From Eukaryota sp. TZLM1-RC (Eukaryota; Protista; Metamonada: BaSk clade), in assembly GCA_040285825.1 (NCBI GenBank), contig JAUPSS010000002.1:186001-250000 (forward strand): a DNA stretch of 64,000 nucleotides, in the 5' to 3' direction. The notes beneath the pieces were generated by a model. That model had not been told where the DNA came from. It was given only the letters and a program-made list of their open reading frames with translations, and did not search any database. Shown here piece after piece: positions 48,184-60,609 of this stretch. A program made the position numbers and the translations under genes. Every line of letters begins with the position of its first letter. The first letter of the stretch is position 1.

Positions 48184-48469
48184 TAATAATAAGTTGATTT
48201 TTGGGAACCAATTCAACATTGTACAGGAAAAGGGAGTCTGGAGTGAATGGTATAATTGTATTGCAACTTGTAGTTTTTGCAACTTGTAAAAGTTGTAAAT
48301 TTGAAGCAACTTTGAGGTTGGTGACTTGAAGGCTTTTTGATGTTGTTAATCACAAAACAGCTGGATTTCAATTCAAAACTGCGGAAGAAATACATCACAA
48401 AAATTTCAATGTTTCCTTATAGCTAATTAAGACATTCCAGAAAGAAGTTTGTTTTCAGTGAAATTTGTC

Positions 48470-50424
48470 GATTTTTCAATCGAATAAGAGAAGCTTTAGC
48501 TAGACAGCAAGCAGATCAAGATTTTGTAGAGGAAACCTTGGTTCAATGATAGGCGTCCCATTAGTTATGAGTTAATTTAATTAAGTGTGCAAATTCAATA
48601 AATACAACGTTTATTGAAATTTGCACTGAAAAACTCCAAAAACATCTTTTTCTCTGAATAATTTTGGTTCTGATGATAGAGGTGATGTATACTGTGATTG
48701 GATTGATAATTCTGAAGCTATTGTTGACTTTGTCTCATGTAATGTTGCAAATGATACTTTGGTTCACAGAAGAAAACTTAATCCTGTGGCTGCTCTGGAT
48801 TTTAAAGCAAAAGAGGAACATAGAAAATATGATGAAGATATTGAAGATGCTAATGTCGATAGAAATACACAGCTGGTTTTTATTGCTTTCCCATTTTCAA
48901 TAAATGGAAGATTATCAGTTGAAGCAGAAACTTTTTTGAATGACTTCCAAAAAATGGTGCAAGAAAAAACAATGAAAAGATTTGATATTTTTTTATGGCG
49001 TTCACGGATTCAATTTGCCATTATTAATAGATTACCACGGTTTTTCAATCGAATAAGAGAAGCTTTAGCTAGACAGCAAGCAGATCAAGATTTTGTAGAG
49101 GAAATCTTGGTTCAATGATAGTCGTCCCATTAGTTATGAGTCAATTTAATTAAGTGTGCAAATTCAATAAATACAATTTATTATCTTTACCTTAGTCCAC
49201 ATTACGGTGGTTTAGGGTGGACGAAGGCTTCTATTCTTACCTCGTGTGCTTTTGTTGGTGGATGCAGAAATGCAATCTTTGAGTTTTCCGAAAGATTTGC
49301 AGATTGGGAAGATTTATTGATGACAACGCAAAGTTCCACTGTTTTTGCATTAAATGAAGAAATTTCAAGAATTGATGTAGAAAAATGGGGTCGATGTTTT
49401 CCCCAATCATTCAATGGCAATATTCCAGAAAAAAATGTTTTAAATTTGAAGTACACTCTTCGAACATTACAGAAAAGATTGACTGCAATGTATGAAAAAG
49501 ATCTTTATAATAATATATGCAGCTCGGCTGTTTTAAATCAAGATTTTCACTCATTGTTATTGGAAAAGGGTGTTTGTGAAAACAAGTCGTCAGATTCTTC
49601 ACTTTTTGTAACCATTGTACCACGAAGATTTGGATTGTGTGCCACTAATGAAGCATTTGTAACAAAAATGAGATTATATTTGAACATCCCCATTAACCAA
49701 TTATTATCAAAAGAAAAATGTATTTGTTCGAATTCACCTCAACTCACTTTGCGCCATGCTCTGAATTGCTCGGAATTGATAACTTATCGTTCTTCATTAC
49801 ATGATGCTGTTAGAGACACTGTTTTCAATATGGCACAAACTGCAAGGATATCGTGTATCAAAGAGCCCCTGCTGAAGGAAACACTTTCTCTGAATAATTT
49901 TGGTTCTGATGATAGAGGTGATGTATACTGTGATTGGATTGATAATTCTGAAGCTATTGTTGACTTTGTCTCATGTAATGTTGCAAATGATACTTTGGTT
50001 CACAGAAGAAAACTTAATCCGGTGGCTGCTCTGGATTTTAAAGCAAAAGAGAAACATAGAAAATATGATAAAGATATTGAAGAGGCAAATGTCGATAGAA
50101 ATACACAGCTGGTTTTTATTGCTTTCCCATTTTCGATAAATGGAAGATTATCAGTTGAAGCAGAAACTTTTTTGGATGACTTCCAAAAAATGGTGCAAGA
50201 AAAAACAATGAAAAGATTTGATATTTTTTTATGGCGTTCACGGATTCAATTTGCCATTATTAATAGATTACCGCGGTTTTTCAATCGAATTAGAGAAGCT
50301 TTAGCTAGACAGCAAGCAAATCAAGATTTTGTAGAGGAAATCTTGGTTCAATGATAGTCGTCCCATTAGTTATGATTTAATTTAATTAAGTGTGCAAATT
50401 CAATAAATACATTTTATTATCTTT
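48470..50424 (+). mobile_element. Three head-to-tail 5'-truncated CRE family A copies (~48470-48605, ~48650-49175, ~49187-50410)
   Basis: Each ends ..GTGCAAATTCAATAAATACA; ORF 49317-50354 is an open zinc finger plus endonuclease C-terminus. Confidence 0.92.
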
Positions 50425-50429
50425 TGAAA

Positions 50430-51340
50430 AAAATTGAAAGTAAGGATTTTATTGTCCGACTTAGCACCGCTCAGCAAGAAAATCATGCTTTTGCAATTTC
50501 TTTGATTGATTTAAAGGAGAGTTCAGCTGCAGTCTAGCTGAACTAAATTCCCATGATTTATGGCTTGTTTTTAAATGACGACCAATGGACAACTGCTATG
50601 AGAATGCGACGTTTTTCATGGCCCTCTAATTTGCCCAATGAGCTGCTATGCAAATGTGGAGCTGGTTTGACATTATCACATTTATTTAATTGCAACAGAT
50701 TTATTTCTTTTCGTTCAACTTTGATTAATGCTGACAGAGATCAAATCCATGCAATGTGCAATTCCTATCATATTAAATCAATTGTAGAATTGTTGTTGAG
50801 GTCTCTTGATATAAATGTAAATTTAAGAGATTCAAAATATGGAAAACAGCGTGCTGATGTTGTTGCACCCTCATTTGATGATGTTTTGAATGTTGTTGTT
50901 GTTGTTATAACAGTAGATGTTTGCAAAAAAAATGCTTTGAAACATGCACAATCCGAATTATTCCCTCTTAATGATTCAGAATTGTACAAACGAAAGAAAT
51001 ATGCAAATCCTTTAAAAGAATTAAAACATGTTCGCCATGTAGATTATCAAATTTGCCCATTTGCCATATCGTTGTATGGACGCCTTGGAAAAACTGCCAT
51101 GAATTTTATTGATGATTTTGAAAATCTTGTAAAAAAAAGAATGAATAAGCGTTTTGATCGTCGTTTGCGGTTGAATCGTATTGTGATTACTATTTTCAAA
51201 ACAATTCCTAAAAGGTTTCGAAAGCTTTAATGTCTGTCAGTGCACATTACGAAGAAATTGCTGTTGTAAGGTTTGATGGTGTGGAAGCTTGTTTTGAAGA
51301 TATTGATTTTTAGACTGTATTTTTTAGAATAAATAAATAG
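50430..51340 (+). mobile_element. CRE-like family D 3' fragment
   Basis: MRMR..CKCG..HLFNC..RADVV..DVCK..PFAISLYG; AATAAA end. Confidence 0.85.
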
Positions 51341-51491
51341 GCCTTCTAAAATATTTCAACTTTGAATTACCGTTTGGTTATAAGTGAATAGACAAAACAA
51401 AATGCTAAACAAAGTAAAGTCATCTGCAGAAAATTCCACATTACAATTTAAAATACAATTTATTTATTTCATATCAAGTACAATTCTTTCA

Positions 51492-52607
51492 TTACTGCGA
51501 TACCGATTCAAGAAGAAGTAATGTTTTTCTGCTTTCTTCATCAAGCGCCATTTTCCAATCAAGACCTTCAATGGTAGCATTAGACATCGCAACCAAACAT
51601 CTACAAGCTTGTGACGGTAACTGTACTTGAGCAACAGCTTCAATGAACTCAAACCTGGAAATGAATGAATAACCACAGAATTTCTTTTCAAAAAAAGACT
51701 TTAAATCGGCAAAATCTAGACCAAAAACTACATTTTGGGAATCATCAATTACGAAATCACATTTAATAACTTGAGAGACAAAAGAAGCTAAATTTGGTAG
51801 AACGTCTTCAAATACAATATCCTTATAAGAATCAGCTGAGAATGCTTCTACATCAAGCAATCCCATGACCACATTAATTTGACGTTCTGAAAGAGGTAAG
51901 TCAACCGATGAAAGAGCCCTTTTTACATCCTCAAAACAACCAGTTGAATTCACTTCCTTTGAATTGGACAGTGTTTTGAAAATATCAGAATGACTGGGAG
52001 TAGGCAGAATATTGTGGGAATAACAAGTACCTAATGCAGAGAAGATTAGAGCGGCAGTTTCAGTAGGAGAAGATTCGTTACAAAATAAGGCCGTTAGAAA
52101 GGTTACTTCTTTGGTAGTAAATCCAAAGGTAGAATTGGTTAGAAACGAAACAAGTTGATCAAATGAAAAAGGATTTGGAAGTGATGCCAGCAGAAGGGAT
52201 TGAAGTTCATGTTCTGCAAAACCATGTAGTGAAGAGGCAGTGGGGGATGGGGAAGAGGGCAGTGTGTAAATGGAAGAGAGTGTTTGGGAGAGAAAGTTGT
52301 GGTTAATGGTATGTGTAGAGGAATTGTCAATAACAAGGTGAGCATATATTTTGTAACGTTGAATACGAGTTAGATTGAGAGATGCTATGGTCTTAGAAAT
52401 TGTAAAGATGTCAGTTTCTTCACCAGCTGGACTTCGAATGAGATCCATCAGTTCTGAAACAGAATAATCAGAGGAAGGGTCATAGTTTTGCTTGTCGGAG
52501 AAGTATTGTGCAGCGAAATCATAAATGTTATCTGGTTGGTTGCGAAGCACTTCCCTAGTAAATGAGCGAAGTATACGTTGAAAATCCTTAGGTACTGATA
52601 AGGTCAT
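51492..52607 (-). CDS. RIIa (PKA docking/dimerisation) domain protein, Sp17/RSP7/ropporin-like, probably flagellar
   Basis: N-terminal VPKDFQRILRSFTREVLRNQPDNIYDFAAQYF; degenerate EF-hand-like helical repeats follow. Confidence 0.8.
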   Translation of the reverse strand: MTLSVPKDFQRILRSFTREVLRNQPDNIYDFAAQYFSDKQNYDPSSDYSVSELMDLIRSPAGEETDIFTISKTIASLNLTRIQRYKIYAHLVIDNSSTHTINHNFLSQTLSSIYTLPSSPSPTASSLHGFAEHELQSLLLASLPNPFSFDQLVSFLTNSTFGFTTKEVTFLTALFCNESSPTETAALIFSALGTCYSHNILPTPSHSDIFKTLSNSKEVNSTGCFEDVKRALSSVDLPLSERQINVVMGLLDVEAFSADSYKDIVFEDVLPNLASFVSQVIKCDFVIDDSQNVVFGLDFADLKSFFEKKFCGYSFISRFEFIEAVAQVQLPSQACRCLVAMSNATIEGLDWKMALDEESRKTLLLLESVSQ

Positions 52608-53150
52608 TCTAGCAGATGATGTCTTGATAAGTGTCCGTTAATGTTGAGGGATTGAGTATTTTAGAAGAGATTTGCATTTTGGAACCTTCATAAACCTTGG
52701 CACTTTGTAGGTATACTACTCTCTCTACTCTTTACATGTGCTTCCATCACTGCCAACGTATTTTTGAGAAACATTTCGCTCTCTATTCCCCAAACTTTCA
52801 CAAGATTTACACTTGGTAAGCTGGTGTTGATTACCCATCTCTTACCTCTTCCATGACCTCGATTTTTTGTCAGATTTCAGGGTCTCAACTGTTTCCTCTG
52901 GTTTTCTGCAATTGAAGCAACATCAACTGGTTCGAAACTCATCAATTGAAAAGACCTTATAACCAGCCTTTTTAAACAAAATGCTCAAATCTTTTCCTTT
53001 GGTAGGTTCTTTGAATCTCATGTGTTTTCGTTGTTTCCAGTTGCCGATTCCGGTAACTACTTGGCTGGAATCACCAGCTACTTATTCGAAGCACTGAATC
53101 ATTTTCGCCTTAAATCTTGTGCGATCGGTCTCAGCCCACCATCTTAGATT
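52608..53150 (-). pseudogene. Fanzor1 relic, family 1, second copy, with 3' cassette abutting the RIIa-gene ATG
   Basis: GIGNWKQRKHMRFKEPTKGKDLSILFKKAGYKVFSIDEFRTS*CCFNC..CKSCESLGNRERNVS. Confidence 0.88.
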
Positions 53151-53339
53151 GGAGATTAGTTGTGTAAATTTTTTATTCCTTTTATAGGATTACACATTCT
53201 CATATTCATTATAATTGTAGCTCAAAGGTACTCCTCTGTAAAAGGAAAACAAAGAAAAAGAAACCTTAGAACATTATATAGTTTATTAGCATGGATAGAG
53301 ACATACATTTGAGTAACTCAATTGAGTTAACAAATTAAA

Positions 53340-54720
53340 TAAAAATAAACAAACATCAAACATTTAGCGTTTTCGGTCCTAAATGTGTGTTTTGGATCAA
53401 AAATTAATCATCTTCTTCGTTCTTTATCTCCCACAATTTCTCATGATTTTGCACGTCAATTCAATACTTTGAGAACAAATTTTTTAGGAAATTTAGTAGA
53501 AGTTTGTCCATCTAAAATTCCTTATCATGCATTTTTTAGTCCTAAATTTGGTGGAGTTGGTTTTTCAAAAGCAGAGTATTTATGCAAAAGTGCTTTTATT
53601 GGTGGTATGAAAAATTTTCTTTTTGAATGGAAACTTCGTTTTGATCATATTCCTTTAAATGAATCACATCCTTTATTAATTTCTCTTGAAAAAATGGTGC
53701 AAGAACTACCTGTTGATATTTGGAATAGGAGTTTTCCTTCAAGTTTGCCTGCTGTGCCTTCGAGATCTTTCACCAACCTTCATCTTGCTGTTGTGAAATT
53801 ACAGAAATCTGTCCTTATTGGTTTTGAAGACCTGGATTTTTCTAAACGACTTAGTGTGACTAAGATTAATAATCCCGTCTTTGCTGCCTTTTTATCAGAC
53901 ATTCAGAACTGTACTAGTTTAATATCTCAGCAACCAAGGCCATTTGGTCTTCACTTAACAAATGAAGCTTGGAAACAAAACATGCGGTTGAGATTAGGGA
54001 TGTATCCAAGTGGTCTTTTGGACAATTCTTATTGTATTTGTAACAAAAAACCTACTGCCAATTTTCGTCATATTGTGAGCTGTAAGAAATTTCTCCAATA
54101 TAGGTCAGTTCTTCATAATGCCGTTCGTGATGTGACATATGAGATGTTCAAGTGTTACAATTTTAGTTGCAAAGTAGAACCTTTGTTGAAGCATTATAGT
54201 GATGATAATCATTTTAATTCACGTCGAGGTGATTTAATTGCTCCTTTTGTGGATTCCTCTCAAGTTGTTGTTGATTTCACTACAGTTGATCCCTTTGCTT
54301 TTGTTTATCGCGATGATGTTTTACTTAGTACTAATGGTCATTTAAACAAGGCTGAAGATCGTAAGAGAGATAAATATACTGAGATATTAAATGATTTAAA
54401 TAAGAACCTTTATTCGAAGTTTTCGTTTGTTCCTTTTGCCTTTTCGATTTTTGGCAACATTGGACAATCCGCCTTGAATTTCATCAATGATTTTGGTAAT
54501 TTATGTCGTTCAAGTGGTAAGAATTTTGCAGAGAATTTATGGAAAAATCGTATCATTTTCGCTTTGTACAGAAGTGTTCCCAAGTACTTGAGTTTAATGA
54601 TGTCTAAACTTTATCAAGAGTTGGCGTGGAGAATTTAGTTTCTTATGTGTTTTAGTTTGTTTTGTTTTTATTTGATTCTTTATATAAATGGTTCAATAAA
54701 TAAAATAAAAATAATAAAAA
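53340..54720 (+). mobile_element. CRE-like family B, 5'-truncated; open 417-aa C-terminal ORF 53385-54638
   Basis: HLLRS, KFGGVG, MRLRLG, CIC..HIVSC..HNAVRD, RRGDL..VDFT; AATAAA and A-rich tail. Confidence 0.9.
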
Positions 54721-54876
54721 TACTAATTAATGAATATCTAAATGAAGGATAAAGCAGAAAATCTAGATAAAATTAAAACTAACTTTATAAATAATAAAAT
54801 TTACAAATTAATGCGGACCAACCAACAAATTGATAATTATAAATAAGTTCTGAAATAAATAATTTCAACAGCAAAA

Positions 54877-55340
54877 CTAAATCTGTCCAGAAAACGCATT
54901 TCTTGGATTACCTGTAGCACCATTTACATTAGGAGATGGGCCAGCAGTGGGAACATGAGGTCTGGGAACATTACTGGCATAGTGAGGAGTATTGGGTGGA
55001 GCTTTTACTTCATAGTGTGGATTGCCAATATACTGAGGAGGTGGAGGACCTTGATGGAAATGGTTATTTGGAGGATACTGGGGTTGTGGCATCATTGGTC
55101 GGTTCGGTGCAGACCTTACACCATCAAAATCACCTTGACATGAAGGAATCACTTCTATAAACCTTTTCTGTACTCCTGCAATCATTTTGGCTCCATGGAT
55201 CCTGTACATTTGAGTAGCTTCTTCTGTAGAAACACAAATATGAGCAAGACCAGAGTGCTTCCCTTGACGGTTATACTCAATAACTACATTCTCTAAAGGT
55301 AGCCTCAACCCAAAATTAACCAACCAACTATGAACTTCCA
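54877..55340 (-). CDS. hnRNP F/H-like qRRM protein, 3' part only (cut at the duplication junction)
   Basis: GKHSGLAHI..KRFIEVIPS followed by a Pro/Asn/Tyr-rich tail; the upstream sequence is CRE DNA. Confidence 0.6.
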
Positions 55341-57202
55341 AAAACACAGAAATCCGCTGTCTGTTGCCGAAAATTCTAAAATTGATAAATATAAAGCAAA
55401 GTTGCTATCCTTGAATGTTCAATCTCACACCCATTGTGTTTTTTGTCCATTTGCTTTTTCCTTACATGGTACGCTTCGACCACTTGCTTTATCTTTTTTA
55501 AATGATTTTGTTGAAATTGTGAAACAACGTACTGGAAGAATTTTTGACAAAACGTTTTGGCAGAACAGAATTGTATTTTCAATTTTGAAAGGTGTTGTTT
55601 TCCTTATTATATTCTGCTTTATTATCTCTTGGTCGCTTTTATGAAGGAAATACTTCCAGTCACTTCTTTTTGGCTGATTTGGGCTATGAAGATGTAGAAT
55701 TTAAGTTTGTTGTTCAGTTTCTCCGAGGAATAAAAAAAATAAAAAAAAGAATATTTACTGAATTTCTCTGGATCTCCATAAAGGTTATCACTAGTGAAGT
55801 CTATTACATACTACTAGACTAATTGTCCACAATACAACAATACCTTTCCCCTCTCTTAGGTCTCGTACTAGAGCTATGAGGACTAACTGCAGGGAAATTA
55901 GTCTTAGAATTAGAATTGGAGTTTACTTTTCGTTTCCTGGTAGTGCGAGGACCAAGGGTGCGCAAATATGATTGGTATGCCTCAGTGCATTTGATGTCAG
56001 CAACTGTGACAGCCGATTTCTCGCCGCTATACCAAACTATGGTGCAATAGGGAACTTTATTATTATTGGAGTCTACAAAATCGAAGTTTTTTTTAATAAC
56101 GATATATTTATTCCAATAAAAAATAAACAATACGACCAGGTTAAAATTCTATGTCTTCATAACCCAAGTCAACCAAGAAAAATTGACTGGAGGTTTTTCT
56201 TTCATAAACGCGTCCAAGAGATAACAAAGCTGAAGATAATAAGGGAACAACAACCTTGAAAATTGAAAATACAATTCTGTTTTGCCAAAAACTCTTGTCA
56301 AAAACTCTTACGTTGTTTCACAATTTCAACAAAATCATCCATAAAAGACAAAGCAAGAGGTCCAAGCGTGCCATGAATGGAAACTGCAAATGGAAAGAGG
56401 ACATAATGAGTATGCGATTCTGCATTCAAGAATAACAATTTTTGCTTTGCATTTGTCAATTTTGGCTTCTTCGGAAACAGGTAAGGGGGTCTATATTTTG
56501 ATTGAGCCATTGGAATAAAAGAATCATTACATATCAGTGGATCTGACATCTGCAATAATGGTAGTACCTTCAAGACCTTCAAGCATTAAATCACCTCTAT
56601 TTCGACCAAACGAATTCAAAGTGTCTTCATCAACCAAACGGGAAAGTAATGGTTCTAAATAGGAAACAATTCTATGTGATTTTGACATACAATAGAGTTG
56701 ATCTCTTACCGCATCATGAACTTTTGATCGGAAAGTAATAAAATGTTTACAATTGAATAAATGATTTGGAGAAATTTTTGATGCACATTTACAAATCAAA
56801 TTATAAGGCACTTTATCAGGCCAAATATAACAACGAAGGCGCATTGTACAAGAAAATTCGATATCATTTAAAAGAAGACCATAAATTTGAGGAATTGAGT
56901 AATTAAACACGAAGAACACGAAGAGGAACTGTTTTGGGCATCTAACAAAAATTTGCGAAAGCGGGATTATCTTTTTTGGCCGAGCCAAGAGTAACATTAA
57001 AATCCAAGCCTTCAAAAATTATTGTTAACTTTTGTTGTAATTTTTTAACACAATACCTCAAATTAACTAGTGTTCTAGATGGTAATCTTTGTACATTATT
57101 GGGAAAACATTTACGCCAAATTTCTGAGGCCAAACAATCAAGAGCATTCTGTAGGTCTCTGAGAAAATTATTGCTTGTAAAATTCAATAAATTAACATCA
57201 TT

Positions 57203-58701
57203 TGTTGCCTTAGGTTGCAAAAGTGGTTGAGATAAAGAGAATGAGGAAAAGTTGATTTATTTTCTGATCATAACATATAAGCCTTAGGGCGCCAACACTG
57301 CTTCTTCCCTTTTTCAAAATAAATCAGCTTATATGAATATGAAACAAAACTATAACAAATAACTAAATAACTATAAATACTAAGAACTAAATACTAAATT
57401 CTAATGTTTTCTATTGTCTATTATCTTTGTAGTGATTGGGATTCACACAAACACTGGTTTCACATTTTTAAGATCGACAATTGATGTACTATGGCTCTCC
57501 CAGAACAATGTTAGTATAAAGTAGTAAGCAATAACTGAAAAGGGCCTCGTTCCAAGATCTGTGTGTTTGAATAATTTGTTGTGTATGTTTTAGTCGCTAC
57601 ATAAAGATGCTCTGCTTCTTGCCTTTTTCGTAAACGAGAAACGTGGTAGTGTCGTTTAGTAAAGGTATCATGAAATCGAAGAATGGATTCGTTGATGATT
57701 ATGCAGGGTTTATGTTGGATTAACAACAACAGTAAACAAAGTAACAAACCTCAGAGACCTGAAGGTGACGTCTTTTGTTGTTAAAGTACGGGCTTTACGA
57801 CTAAAAATATCAGAGGAGCAAGGACCGTATCTTTGCATTGTAGTACAATAATAGTGGAGGTGGAGTTTCTACTCGTAACCTCGGATTTGGTCGACTTTTC
57901 TCGTGTTTGGCTCCATGAGGAAGGGAGCTGCTCGAATGGATAAAAATCCATTGATTCGAGGTAAGGCTCGGTGTCCTTGTTAGAAGTTTGTAGAATCCAT
58001 CACTGGAGTCATCTTTCTTTGGAATTTGCTTCCATAAAAGAGGGAGCTGCTCAAACAAACAGTAATCTGTAGGTTCGAGGTGAGCCTCCGCATCCTTCAT
58101 GATTTGTTGGCGAAGTTCTTTCTCATCGTCATCCAGTTCGTCTAACACGGACTGAAGTTCTTCATATCTTTGAAGGACTGTCGAAGTTTCAGAACTTGAA
58201 CCAACATTTGCGTTTTTTGGTGAGGAGGGGTGTGGTCCCGTTCCTGAAACCTTTTGTGGCATTAGGTTGGATTTGGAAGAGGCGGGAGGTGGTTCCGTGC
58301 CTGTTTCCATCATTTTGATTTGGAAGAGGCGGGAGGTGGTTCCGTGCCTGTTTCCATCATTTTGATTTGGAAGAGGCGGAGGGTGGTCTCGAGCCCGAGT
58401 CCTCGACTTACTAGTCTCTACTACTTCTCCTACTACTACTGTTTGTATGCTAATTGCATACCTGTTATGTTCCTGCATGTTAGTTTTAACGGTGTCAATG
58501 TTTTGGCTGAAAAGGACTGACATGTTATCTGCTGAAGATATCCTCTGTAGAAAAGCTGTGTTATAACAAAGTGGTATACCTATAACCTAATATGGCCAAT
58601 AATTATTGTTGCTTTAGGTTGCAAAAGTGGTTGAGATAAAGAGAATGAGGAAAAGTTGATTTATTTTCTAATCATAACATATAAGCCTTAGGGCGCCAAC
58701 A
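57203..58701 (-). mobile_element. Duplicate of the TRIM-like LTR element; internal ORF 57810-58523 open (237 aa)
   Basis: Same LTRs and flanks as 44781-46278; one extra G at ~58230 restores the frame. Confidence 0.9.
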
Positions 58702-60537
58702 CACTGGGAAAACGGTTGCAAAATTCAAAAACAAAATTTTTCAAAATCGAAGTAATCTATAATTAGGAGCGTCCAAAACTAACTAAACTAAGAACTCTAG
58801 TTCTCGCCTGCCAAACTCTGTCACCTGAGTTCATAGTTCGCCTGGCCTCTCAACAACTTTTGATACAGGTATTTGCTTGTAAACTTTCAGCTCTTAAACT
58901 TGATCTTTCTTTACAGGCAATGTATCCAGCGGTAGAGAAAAGGCGTTCTGATGCAACTAAAGTGGCCTGCATTCCGAGATAATCCTTGGCTAACAGGAAG
59001 AAACCATAATATTATAGACTATAATCTTAATAATTACAGATTCTTTTCTTATCACCGGCAGCAATGTTCTGATGCCAATGCTTATCTTCCTAAGGGAGGT
59101 CAGAGAGGTATAATTTACAATGATTAGTGCTAGCCGTCAACGTCGAACCAGTGACGAGAATCTTGAGTAATAAACTTTTATTACATTTCACTTCTTGAAT
59201 GAGAACAGGGCCAGCGAAGCAACCATGGAGTTTACCATTAGTCTTTAATAGCAGAACTAAGTCACCTTTATTGAAAGGGTTCCTATGTTTTGTTAACTTC
59301 AGGCAGTTGTTGAAAAGTTTTTATAGCTTGTTTGCTTTTGTAATAGTCTTTTTCATTGAATTTCTTTTAAACAGTGACGTTTCAACTTTTGAGACCGTCT
59401 CATAGTCTAGTATTTATTATTAGTATCTTCTTACCAACACCGTTTCCACTTCCATTGTGCTGTTTTCTAGTAAACTCCAAGTATTCAATTTAGCAAAAAT
59501 TAATATCCTTCATTCTGTTTCTGAACAATCATTATTCCAACTTGGCAATTCAATGTGTTTTAGTCAGTGTTTTTGAACAGGTAAAGACTCATAACCAATC
59601 GTCCTCGCACTACCAGGAGACTCTGGTGATTATAGCAATTGGAGTGAATACATCCCAATTGTACAACTTCAAATGAATTCAACTATTAGTAGAGTTTCTT
59701 TTTAAAATTTGTATTTTGATTGCCAAGTCCAACAAAACATTAAAAAAACTAGAATTCAATATCCTCGATACACGCATCAACATCACCAAATCTCTTAAGC
59801 GCGCGATTTTCATACTCTATTCCTAATTGTAACAGTGTTTTTGTCAATATTTCTGGAATTGCTTTGAGCATACTGAAAACAATTCTATTGTGCCAAAAAT
59901 TGAAGTTCAATTCTTTTCCTGCTCTTTCTTTTTATTAAACTTCTGAAGCCTTCGAGAAATTTAATGCCAGACATTTCAATGTTACCAAAAAGAGAAACAG
60001 CAAATGGAACCAACTGATACTTGACATGCTCAACACGTCGTAAGTGAGATAAGGGTTCGTTGAATTTTTTTTAATTTGCTCTTTTCAGCAAAGCAAAGCG
60101 GAGTTTCATCTTTTTTAGCAAAATCAATTGCTGAATCCTTACAAACATCAACAGAGTAAACATCAACAATTTTGAGGTAGGAGAGGTCTGTAGGAGAGGT
60201 CTGAAATCACAAACTCAATACCCAGCATTGCTCGCAGCTACATTGATCTTTGAACTCATCACATCTGCTACAACAATGGTTTGCTTTTATGTTAAATAGA
60301 TTTTATTTGATAAATACATCTTTGGAAGATGTCAGTATTGGTTGTGGGTCATGATCAGAAATAGAATTGCTCAAATGAGTCAATAGTTCAAAGGATCTTA
60401 TCATGCAAATTCAGTTTAGAGAGAACAGCTCTTAGTTGTGGTGATTAGCATCGAAGTAAGCAACTTGGGATTTTAGGAACAAGAACTTTTAAAACCAATT
60501 TGAATAATACTATTCACGTATCATATCATTGTTGTTG

Positions 60538-60609
60538 TCTCTCATAGTGTAATGGCTAGCACGCCAGACTTTGAATCTGGCAATCTGAGTTCGATTCTCA
60601 GTGAGAGAA
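60538..60609 (+). tRNA. tRNA-Gln (TTG), duplicate copy
   Basis: Identical to 48112-48183. Confidence 0.9.
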
